DNA from: Tepidisphaera sp.
GTDB lineage: Bacteria > Planctomycetota > Phycisphaerae > Phycisphaerales > UBA1924
DNA length: 64,000 bases
Assembly: GCA_050916045.1 (NCBI GenBank)
Contig: CP051526.1
Location: 2,720,001-2,784,000 of the forward strand
Direction: 5' to 3'
The translations under genes and the position numbers were made by a program. Of the stretch, positions 31,038 to 39,182 are shown one piece after another (position 1 is the stretch's first letter; each line of letters starts with the position of its first letter). Under the pieces are notes generated by a model. That model made no database searches, was not told the origin of the DNA, and saw nothing but the letters and a program-made list of their open reading frames with translations.

Positions 31038-32564
31038 TCAGGTTGTGAGCAACCCATTCGTCAGCCTCTGCACAATGCCAATCACCCGTTCTAGGTCCTC
31101 GTCTGACGGTCCATGGCTGTCCCCGTAATGAGAGGCCTCACCACCAACGTCGATCGCGACCGCGAGTTCGTCGAGCAGTCCGGGCCACTCACCGAGAATT
31201 GTGCGGAGTATGTGTCCCGGCGTCACATCAGCGGCCAGCAGCGTGGCCATCACGGCGGCCGTCAACCTGCTCATGTCGCCCCGGTCCACCACACTGAAGA
31301 CGTGATTACCCCGCACGTTTGCGAACCGCCCCGGAAGCGGCATCCGTACTCCAAGGTTCGAAGCGGCACGCTCCAATCGCGTCCGGAGCACCTGATCGCC
31401 CGCAGCCCCGGCCCTCGGTATGAGCCCGCGAATGCGACCGAGGGGAAACTGGTCGGCAAGAGCTGCGAAGCACGCCTCCAGAGCACACCGGGCGTTCTGG
31501 GCTCCGTCCTTGAGCCTCGCTCGCCGTTGAGCATTCCCCTTTGCCTCACTCGCCGAGAGCCTCGCTTCATGCATGCGAATCAGGTGCTCGCGACCGAGCC
31601 AGTTCTCCGGGAGTCGGGGTAGAGCTGCGGCCACCTCTCCGTTGGCCAATTCCCACAGATCACGGGCAGTCAACTCGCCCGAGCGCATCGGCGTATCACC
31701 GCGGTCGATGAGGGACTGGATGAAGTTGTTGAACGGTGGGTAGTTGCGCCTGAGCCGTTGACCCTCCATGAGCAGTCGCGAGTTCTCACCCAGCCCGAAG
31801 GGGTCGGCGATGCGCCAGTCGAGAGATCCGGGTCCTACATCCGGAGCTTGGTAAACCACCGTTGCAAGATGTACCAGCTGAGGCTCGCGGTCGACAATCG
31901 TCACCCGCCTAAGTGCTCCAGCCCTGACTGCAACAGGCCGCTCAACCCCGGGCTCCAGACGTCCGATTCGTTCGATCCCGCGCTGGTCCAAGGAGTGACG
32001 CACGACGGCCCTCAGAACATCCGCAGCATCGGGTGCTTCCGGAGGCTCGTACCGCGGGGGCTGGAGCAAGAAGCACCCAGTGGGCCTAGGCTCGCCGGGA
32101 GTGCCGAGTTCGATCTTCCACCTCTCTCCGTCACGTGTGACTTCAGCGAACGCAACCGTGTCGGCGATTCGTGGGAGCAACGACTGACTGATCGCACACT
32201 GAAAAATGTGTCGGACTTCCACCCTGGTATTGTCGATGTCTTCCGCCCCCACACATCTCAACCCCTCCGCCGTGAGTTCTCCCTCCGGAGTCATTGCGCC
32301 ACGATCCACCAATCGGCTCTTGAGTTGATCTACGAGCTGTGGGTGCAATTGAAGAAGAGCCGCCACATGGTCGGAGTCGATGACGTTCGCTCGAGCACAC
32401 CCGAGAACAGCCTTCTCAAATGGGGGGAGCCGATCCTCTCCAGCGACCGGAGCGGCAACACGACGGGTCCATACGGGCCATAGGACCCACCGCTCTTTCG
32501 CGCCCTGCGGCCACCGGGGCCTGAAGCGGAGCACCGTGGGTGCAACTTTAGATGCGTCGCCCAT
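31038..32564 (-). CDS. Putative effector with N-terminal winged-helix and C-terminal helical HEPN-like region; CnuE-like
   Basis: FEKAVLG...VAALLQLHPQLV...LVDRG..TPEGELTAEG wHTH pattern; C-terminal GGEASH at the usual HEPN motif position. Confidence 0.55.
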   Translation of the reverse strand: MGDASKVAPTVLRFRPRWPQGAKERWVLWPVWTRRVAAPVAGEDRLPPFEKAVLGCARANVIDSDHVAALLQLHPQLVDQLKSRLVDRGAMTPEGELTAEGLRCVGAEDIDNTRVEVRHIFQCAISQSLLPRIADTVAFAEVTRDGERWKIELGTPGEPRPTGCFLLQPPRYEPPEAPDAADVLRAVVRHSLDQRGIERIGRLEPGVERPVAVRAGALRRVTIVDREPQLVHLATVVYQAPDVGPGSLDWRIADPFGLGENSRLLMEGQRLRRNYPPFNNFIQSLIDRGDTPMRSGELTARDLWELANGEVAAALPRLPENWLGREHLIRMHEARLSASEAKGNAQRRARLKDGAQNARCALEACFAALADQFPLGRIRGLIPRAGAAGDQVLRTRLERAASNLGVRMPLPGRFANVRGNHVFSVVDRGDMSRLTAAVMATLLAADVTPGHILRTILGEWPGLLDELAVAIDVGGEASHYGDSHGPSDEDLERVIGIVQRLTNGLLTT

Positions 32565-35500
32565 GCGTCCCTCCAGTCAGTGTCCAGAAGTCCAAGAGCG
32601 CCCTCACACCCGGAACATCCGCAAGGTGCGCCGCGTTGAACATTGCACTGTCGCCAACAGCCACGAGCAGTTTCTGCTGACGACTCATAGCCACACACAA
32701 GCGGTTCTCAAGGAGGAGAAAGCCGTACTTCTTGTGCCATGTGCCTGAGCCAGCCTGCACGCGATTGCTGCGTACCAACGAAAGGAACACCACATCAAAT
32801 TCCATTCCCTGGAAAGAGTCGACGGTGCCGACTCGTATGCGGCTACGGATCTTCCCAGTTGATGTGAAACGCCATTGGTCTGCGGGCCGCCATCCTTCTT
32901 CCTCTTCCTCGAGGATTCCCTGTTCCTGCAGGGCTTCGCAGATCGCTTTGACCTGAGCCGAGTAGAACGAGATGACGCCGATGCTCAAACCCCTATTCTC
33001 AGACCCAATACGATGAACCTCTTCGGCGATCCAACCTGCCTCGGTCGGGCGGCGCTTGCTCCGTCCGCCGACTTCACCGCCCTGCGAATGCGGAATGTCC
33101 TTCCAAGCGGCCACGACACCCTCGTAGGTGCCTCCCAAGCCGTGTTCGAAGTCGGAGGCCGGCCGTGGCGACTCGAACCCCTCGGCATACCGCCGATAGA
33201 AGCCATCGCTAACAAACTGCCCGAGCACCGGATGCATGCGATACTGCCTATCCAGCCGGACATAGCGACGGACCCCATCCTTTAGCTCCAACTGTTCGAG
33301 GTGCTCCCGGAGGCGCTCGAAAAGGCTGCTCTTGAGCGCTTTGCGGGCCGCTTCGCTCGCGGTCGCAGAGAGTTCCCGCTCAACGTCGGGTTCAAGCACG
33401 TGTGGCAACTGGCGATGGTCGCCCACCAGAACGATTCGCTTTTCCGCAATGGACAGCGGGATCATGAGGTCGAGCGGGTTGCATCTCGCGGCCTCGTCCA
33501 CGACGACGTTCCTAAAGGACGGCCACACCTTGTCGCCGAAGGTGACGTCAGAAAGCTTGGCACGCTGCATCGAACCTCCGACCGACTGTTGCACTGTGGC
33601 GGCAAGGCTCGAGGCATATCGCTGGATGTCGTCACGGACGCCGTCCGGGTCGGACTCGAGGTCGTCGATGAGGTCTTCGACTGCCACAGACGCGTCCAGT
33701 GTCGCGACCCGCGCGGCGGCATCCAGCAATCCGAGAACCTCGGTCAGAACTTCCTCAACTGCCTGATTCGGTCTTGCGAGGTCGTCTACGCGGGTGGTCG
33801 GCCGGAGTCGGTTGAGCAAGGACAAGCGAAGGTCTGGCATCATGGACAGCCCAGGGGCTTCGCCATCGCCGTTCCATTCCGCGAGTTGCTCCAGCATTCT
33901 ATCAGCCAGCTCGTCAAGCACGCCCAAGGGACGGAGCAGTCGCAGCGCCTTTCTCGCACGACGAGCACCGTCGTCCCGAGCCGATTCCAGCGTCGTGGGA
34001 AGACCAGACACCGCACCGATCGCTTGTTCGACCTCGATGGGAACGTCGGCGGTTGCGGCGGGAGAGCGAAGGCTTCTGAGCGTCCTGTCGAGCCGTTCTG
34101 CCACCGATGCCGTCAACCACTCGCCGCATTCGGACCGCACATCCTCCAGGAGAGCTGCGTTCGCATCGTCCGTGAGCGGTGCGACACTCACGGCAGAGAG
34201 TCGGTCACGAAGGCGGCGTCGCACAACCTGAACCGGCGAGGTGGACTGGGATGCGATGCTCGCCCGGAGCTTCTCGATGAGCTCCCTTCGCCATCGCTCG
34301 ACCGCATCGTCCGCGCTTCCGTCTCCGGTGCGTCCGCCAATTCGGAAGGCCGGCAGGCCGAAAGCCGTGCTCGCGGACGCTACGTTGTCCACTGCGTCAT
34401 GTTGATAGCTGGTCAGCAGTGTTTGTCCAAGCTGACCGCCCTCACCCTCGCCAAGTTCGGCGAGTCTGGCTTGGAGCGCGGCGATGACCCGTGTTTTTCC
34501 TGTCCCGGGCGGCCCTTGAATGATGGCGATGTCCGGCGTGTTGAGCGCCGCATCCAGTGCTTCAATCTGGGCTGGGGTGGGCTCTGCTCCGAACGCTCGC
34601 AGCGCGGCATCGGTCAGCGGCTGCACTCGCTTCCGCTGAATGACTGGGTGCGAGCTGCCTTCGAGGATCTTTCCTAGCCAGGGAATTCGACAGTTGCCTG
34701 TCGCGATCAGTTCGGCGGCTCGCTCCCGCCGGTCCAGCCTCCGCTCATCGCCAAACGTCGAAACGCTGAGGTATCCGCTGTCCGGGGGAGTTGCGTTCCC
34801 GCCCAACCGTGGGCGGACGTCGAGCCAGCCGGACCCCATTCCGGTCAGTGTTCCACAGAATGTTGGACCGGATGGCGGTCCCTCCTCAGCATCAACAGGT
34901 TCCGTGGTGGCCTGAAGGTCCGCCTCATCCTCGCGGAGCGATTCCAGATTCTCGCGAACCGCTGTGCTTGCTGCGACCCCAAGGAATCGCACCCCGCCAT
35001 CAGACCGTGTCGTGATGCTCGTGTAGTGAATCGAGCCACACTCAACTGCTGCCGCCTGGATCCGCCTTCTTTCGAGCTCGTTGTACTCACGCCAGAGCTT
35101 CATGTAGCTGTCAGCACCCTGAACGAGCATGTCCAACTCGCCTCGCACTTGCACGCGTGCCGCCGTGCGAGTCGCGTCGACAAAAGCCACGTTGGCCGAG
35201 ACCAACGCGAGCGTAGATGCTGTGGATGAGCGACTCGGACGGGCCACTCGCCGAATGAAGTAGGCAGATCCAACTCCTGCATTTGTTTCTATCGGCCGTC
35301 GTTGAACATCGATGACATGCGCGGTCCCGATGATGCGGAAGCCGCGCTCGACCGACGCCCCCCCGCCGGCCGACACAATCAACCGTTCCTGACCGCCAGG
35401 CGATTGAGGTGGAAGAACTGCAGAATCACGAATCAACCGCTCCACGGCTGTTACGCCGTCAACTCCGTACCTCGCACGACAGAGGTCGAGCAACTCTTCG

Positions 35501-35844
35501 TCGATGTGCATGGTCAGTTGATCCGGGCTCTGTACGCCCGTCGCAAACTCATGGACCTGGATCAGAACCGCTTCGGCTGCCGCAGGTTGACCATGGACTT
35601 GCACTACCCACGCGACTTGTGGAAGGCGTCGTTCAAACACCTCTCTCAGCCGGCGCTCGGCTGCCTCATCGGAGCCATGCACGAACACCGTTGTCCCCTG
35701 GGCACGCAGCGTCGGTCCGACTCCTTCCGTGAGAGAGAGCGCCACTTCCGCCCCAACCTGGAGTGGTACCGGGAAATGAGCGTCCGCGCTCGGCCGTAGC
35801 TCAAGAAGGCGAGTGGAACCGACATTCAGCTCAGACGCGTTCAT
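32548..35844 (-). CDS. SF1 UPF1/DNA2-like helicase; CnuH-like
   Basis: IQGPPGTGKT, AVDNV, VVVDEAAR, LVGDHRQLP, SLFERL, QYRMHP, ISFYSAQV, TVDSFQGME, NRLCVAMSR. Confidence 0.9.
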   Translation of the reverse strand: MNASELNVGSTRLLELRPSADAHFPVPLQVGAEVALSLTEGVGPTLRAQGTTVFVHGSDEAAERRLREVFERRLPQVAWVVQVHGQPAAAEAVLIQVHEFATGVQSPDQLTMHIDEELLDLCRARYGVDGVTAVERLIRDSAVLPPQSPGGQERLIVSAGGGASVERGFRIIGTAHVIDVQRRPIETNAGVGSAYFIRRVARPSRSSTASTLALVSANVAFVDATRTAARVQVRGELDMLVQGADSYMKLWREYNELERRRIQAAAVECGSIHYTSITTRSDGGVRFLGVAASTAVRENLESLREDEADLQATTEPVDAEEGPPSGPTFCGTLTGMGSGWLDVRPRLGGNATPPDSGYLSVSTFGDERRLDRRERAAELIATGNCRIPWLGKILEGSSHPVIQRKRVQPLTDAALRAFGAEPTPAQIEALDAALNTPDIAIIQGPPGTGKTRVIAALQARLAELGEGEGGQLGQTLLTSYQHDAVDNVASASTAFGLPAFRIGGRTGDGSADDAVERWRRELIEKLRASIASQSTSPVQVVRRRLRDRLSAVSVAPLTDDANAALLEDVRSECGEWLTASVAERLDRTLRSLRSPAATADVPIEVEQAIGAVSGLPTTLESARDDGARRARKALRLLRPLGVLDELADRMLEQLAEWNGDGEAPGLSMMPDLRLSLLNRLRPTTRVDDLARPNQAVEEVLTEVLGLLDAAARVATLDASVAVEDLIDDLESDPDGVRDDIQRYASSLAATVQQSVGGSMQRAKLSDVTFGDKVWPSFRNVVVDEAARCNPLDLMIPLSIAEKRIVLVGDHRQLPHVLEPDVERELSATASEAARKALKSSLFERLREHLEQLELKDGVRRYVRLDRQYRMHPVLGQFVSDGFYRRYAEGFESPRPASDFEHGLGGTYEGVVAAWKDIPHSQGGEVGGRSKRRPTEAGWIAEEVHRIGSENRGLSIGVISFYSAQVKAICEALQEQGILEEEEEGWRPADQWRFTSTGKIRSRIRVGTVDSFQGMEFDVVFLSLVRSNRVQAGSGTWHKKYGFLLLENRLCVAMSRQQKLLVAVGDSAMFNAAHLADVPGVRALLDFWTLTGGTHGRRI

Positions 35845-37229
35845 GTCGACTGCTCCTGCTCAATCCGGAAGTCGATCACACGGTGCACGCTGCGGGCATC
35901 ACCGACGTGGATCGTCAGGTACGGGATCTCTGAACGAAACTCCAATTCACGATCGGTGAGGGTGAGGGGAGACCCCTTCGGTGCGTGGACCTGCATGGTC
36001 GAGTCTGTGTCTCGGGACGCCAGGGATAGCCGCTTACCGTCGAAGCCGATCTTCAGGCATGGTTGCGTAGCCTGATGCGTGGGAACCTCACGCACAAGAC
36101 GTCTGTCAAGCACTATGCCCTCGTCCGGCATGATGACGAACGACGCGACGACGATGTCGCGTCGTTCTGGGCCGAGGACGAATCCTCCTTTGCTCGCCGC
36201 CAACTCGGGGTCCCACAAGCGGATGCGACCTTGGAGGTACGCGGGCCTGACCCCGCCGCACCAGGGGCAAGAGCGGGCAGTACGGAGAAATGTCGCGGGG
36301 CAAGCCTTGCACTTCACGCAGTTGAGAGCGGCGCGCTCAAGCACATCCGCCCATTCTCCTGCCGAAGGGCGATCCGTCGGAACCGTCAACCCCTCACCAA
36401 AGACCCGTGCCGCCAAGCGCAACATGCTCTCGGACATCACTCGATCGCGGGCGATTCCCCGCGAGCTCGCATTGGTTCGATCTCGCAAGTGATCGATCCA
36501 CGGAAAGTCGCCCCGAAGCGCCCGCTCTTCCAATTCAGGCTCTCCCTCTTCGACCATGTCTCCGATGAGTGGATGGGCAAGCGTGAGCATTCGAAAGACC
36601 GTGACCGCGAGCGCATGAGCATCCGCGAGGCTCGATGCCATGCTCAGTCCCTTCACAACCTCGGGAGCTCCGTAGCCCGGCGTGTACAGCGCCTTGTTGG
36701 CCGGATCGCTCGCATACCGCAGGTTGTCGGCGTCGATGAGAACAACCTGGTCATTGGCAACCGCCGTGGACACGTACACGTTGTGCGGCGACACATCGCC
36801 GTAGCAGAGACCCTTGGCGTGCAGGAGGGAGATCGCGCGGGCGGCCCTAGCGCAGATCCGCAGACGCCGTCGAAGTCCACCGGTTTCCTGATACCAACAG
36901 GCTTTTGAACCGGTCCTCGTCGGAGACGGGACCATAGCCTCTTGAAGGGGCCCCATGTCCGCGAGCAACCTCATGAGATATCCCGGCGATGGATGGACGA
37001 TCACTGCCTCGGGTTGGGCGATTGGGATTCCCGAGAGATCCAGAGACCGAAGGAAGTGCATCTGGTTCTCGAGGGTGCGGACTTGCGAAGCGTCTCGCGT
37101 TCGCAAGAGCTTCGCCGCAAGCTTGCCGCCCCTGACCTCAAAGACCACGCCCTGTCCGCCTTCGCCAAGGCGGCGGCCGAGCTCATAACGGTTTTTGCGC
37201 GAATCGACCACGAACATAGCGTCAGCCAT
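35841..37229 (-). CDS. TerY-associated Ser/Thr protein kinase with C-terminal Zn ribbon
   Basis: LGEGGQGVV, AAK, YGDVSPHNV, IDADNL, YTPGYGAPEV; CKAC...CPWC. Confidence 0.9.
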   Translation of the reverse strand: MADAMFVVDSRKNRYELGRRLGEGGQGVVFEVRGGKLAAKLLRTRDASQVRTLENQMHFLRSLDLSGIPIAQPEAVIVHPSPGYLMRLLADMGPLQEAMVPSPTRTGSKACWYQETGGLRRRLRICARAARAISLLHAKGLCYGDVSPHNVYVSTAVANDQVVLIDADNLRYASDPANKALYTPGYGAPEVVKGLSMASSLADAHALAVTVFRMLTLAHPLIGDMVEEGEPELEERALRGDFPWIDHLRDRTNASSRGIARDRVMSESMLRLAARVFGEGLTVPTDRPSAGEWADVLERAALNCVKCKACPATFLRTARSCPWCGGVRPAYLQGRIRLWDPELAASKGGFVLGPERRDIVVASFVIMPDEGIVLDRRLVREVPTHQATQPCLKIGFDGKRLSLASRDTDSTMQVHAPKGSPLTLTDRELEFRSEIPYLTIHVGDARSVHRVIDFRIEQEQST

Positions 37230-37941
37230 GGTTGCAACTCCATTGCAGGGCGAAAGTCTGATCGTCTGAGCCACCGCCTACACGAGTGCGTCCTAGCTGA
37301 GAACGCAGAAACATGGCTCGCCGCCTAGCGCTCAAGGGACCGCCGCGTTCTATCAGCCAAGCCGCGAAATGGCCCAGTCGATCGACGGCCAGGTCGTTTG
37401 AAAGCCCGTCGGTGGCAAGGAGGGCCCACACGCCGCCCTCCGAATCGTCAGCTTCCTCTTGTCGCCACGCTCTAGCGCCTCCTCCGCCGCCGAGTGCACA
37501 GGTTTCCCCAAAGTCGCCACCATTCAATTCGACGAGCTTTGAACACTCACTCCCCACCACGCCCATTGCTGCGAGTCCATCCCCTACACCACCAGTGACG
37601 ACCCGCCCCGATCGCAACCGCAGGGTGAACAAGCATGTGGTGGCAAATCGTCCAACATCACCGGGTGGCAGTTTGTCAATCCACGCCTGTTCAACCAGCC
37701 GACCGAAGGAAGCAAGTTCGGAATCACGGGTGATCGTTCTCGCGACCTCGCGTACCGCAGCGCAAGCCGCACGTGACCCCAAATGGCTGAGTTCGCACGA
37801 CCCAACCCCGTCGCACACGACGGCGAGATGCCCGGATGGGGACCGGTAGTGTCCCCATGCGTCTTGATTTGGAGAGCCACACTTGGCGTGTCGGCGTCCA
37901 AGTACCGATGTCCCAATACAGTTCACGTTCATTCTCGGCAT
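37222..37941 (-). CDS. PP2C-family protein phosphatase (TerY-P triad)
   Basis: SVLGRRH...PNQDA, VCDGVGS, VGDG, LATDG, DDQT. Confidence 0.9.
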   Translation of the reverse strand: MPRMNVNCIGTSVLGRRHAKCGSPNQDAWGHYRSPSGHLAVVCDGVGSCELSHLGSRAACAAVREVARTITRDSELASFGRLVEQAWIDKLPPGDVGRFATTCLFTLRLRSGRVVTGGVGDGLAAMGVVGSECSKLVELNGGDFGETCALGGGGGARAWRQEEADDSEGGVWALLATDGLSNDLAVDRLGHFAAWLIERGGPLSARRRAMFLRSQLGRTRVGGGSDDQTFALQWSCNHG

Positions 37942-37952
37942 TAGATTTCCTG

Positions 37953-38615
37953 TTAGATCTCGTCGAGAACGAAGTCCGTGGTCGGAGGCGGCAGAGTGGC
38001 GTTCGGCGTCGCACTTCGCGAGCGAGCCGTGACACTCATGGTCACCCACCTGAAGAACTTCTGAATCTGCCGCGCCTCGCTCGCGGCAAGAACCGGGCGA
38101 GCGGGGTCGTTCACAAACGCACCAAGCATCGCCTTGTCGGCATCGTCGCCAATCGCCAGAGCGAAACGATCGGCTCGCTTACCTCGCTCCGACAGAAGCA
38201 ACTGCTGAATGGGCTTCTGCCACTCGTCGGTCGGTGCGCCATCGGATGCTAGGACGATGACTGGGCGGTACGCGCGCCCCGGGATCTTCGTGCGGTCCTC
38301 AACCAAGGTGGTCGCAAGCGCGACGGCACCCCCCAACGGGGTCCGCCCGCTCGCACGCATTGGATTCCATTTGACCGAACTTGCCGGTGCGAGCGCGGTG
38401 TGCAGTTCAGCTGCCTCGCCACCAAAGGTGATGACCGCGACATGGATCTGCGCCGCTTCTTGGGACTCACTGCCAAAGGCGGTGAGCATTTCGGCCAAAG
38501 CGTGATTCAGGGACTCGATTTTCCCGTGCTCGGACATGCTGCCGCTGACATCAGCGAGAACGATTACCGGCAGGGGGCGGGGGGCTGCGATGGTGAAATC
38601 TGAAAGTTGACTCAT
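37953..38615 (-). CDS. terY: TerY-like vWA domain protein
   Basis: RPLPVIVLADVSGSM (MIDAS DxSxS), ASGRTPLG, AYRPVIVLASDGAPTD, FFRWVTMSV. Confidence 0.88.
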   Translation of the reverse strand: MSQLSDFTIAAPRPLPVIVLADVSGSMSEHGKIESLNHALAEMLTAFGSESQEAAQIHVAVITFGGEAAELHTALAPASSVKWNPMRASGRTPLGGAVALATTLVEDRTKIPGRAYRPVIVLASDGAPTDEWQKPIQQLLLSERGKRADRFALAIGDDADKAMLGAFVNDPARPVLAASEARQIQKFFRWVTMSVTARSRSATPNATLPPPTTDFVLDEI

Positions 38616-38663
38616 TGGTGTTTCTCCAGTCGAATGTTCGCGTCTTGTTTGGGGTGATGGTAT

Positions 38664-38966
38664 TCAGTGCCGACCGCGCCAACTCCTCTTGGGGCGGTCG
38701 ACGTGCTGCACGGTCACGATGCTGCGGTCGGAGGACACGATCATCGCGACATCCTTCCACCGAGAGAGATCAACTCCATACCGGGCCAGTGCATACCCGA
38801 CAGCTCGGGAACCGAGGAAGTACGCCTTCGCCCCATCGCCGGCGTGAAACGTTTCTCCGAACTCCAGCAGTGCCGCCATCCCTTCCTCGCTCACACACCG
38901 CTGTTGGCAGCGTACTGCGGCATGACGGGTCATCCTGAAGCCACCTTTCACGTTCATCGCAACCAT
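38664..38966 (-). CDS. Small DUF4258-like protein (putative RNase fold); first gene of defence operon
   Basis: AAGGAG RBS; MTRHAAVRCQQRCVSEE...LLEFG and C-terminal IVSSDRSIVTV. Confidence 0.65.
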   Translation of the reverse strand: MVAMNVKGGFRMTRHAAVRCQQRCVSEEGMAALLEFGETFHAGDGAKAYFLGSRAVGYALARYGVDLSRWKDVAMIVSSDRSIVTVQHVDRPKRSWRGRH

Positions 38967-39017
38967 GACACTTCTCCTTTTTGAGCTCTGCCGGATGGCG
39001 GGCTCTAACCTCACCAA

Positions 39018-39034
39018 AGCGATCGCGATGCCAA
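39018..39034 (-). promoter_or_regulatory. Sigma-54 (-24/-12) promoter of the defence operon
   Basis: Minus strand TTGGCATCGCGATCGCT = GG-N10-GC with a TGGCA -24 box, about 50 nt upstream of the first ATG, adjacent to a bEBP gene. Confidence 0.75.
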
Positions 39035-39107
39035 TCGCCACAGTCTGCGTAAGTGCCTGTCACGCAACGTCTTATGGAACTTCGCTTGCGACGCCCCATG
39101 TCCGTAA

Positions 39108-39141
39108 GTGATCGATTTCGATCGCGTCGTGATCGATATCG
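39108..39141. promoter_or_regulatory. Tandem candidate upstream activator sites for the bEBP
   Basis: GTGATCGATTTCG (39108) and GTGATCGATATCG (39129), 21 bp apart; the first contains the palindrome GATCGA-TT-TCGATC. Confidence 0.55.
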
Positions 39142-39182
39142 CGCACGCCTGCTACACTCCGCTTCCACCCGGAGTGCTCCTC

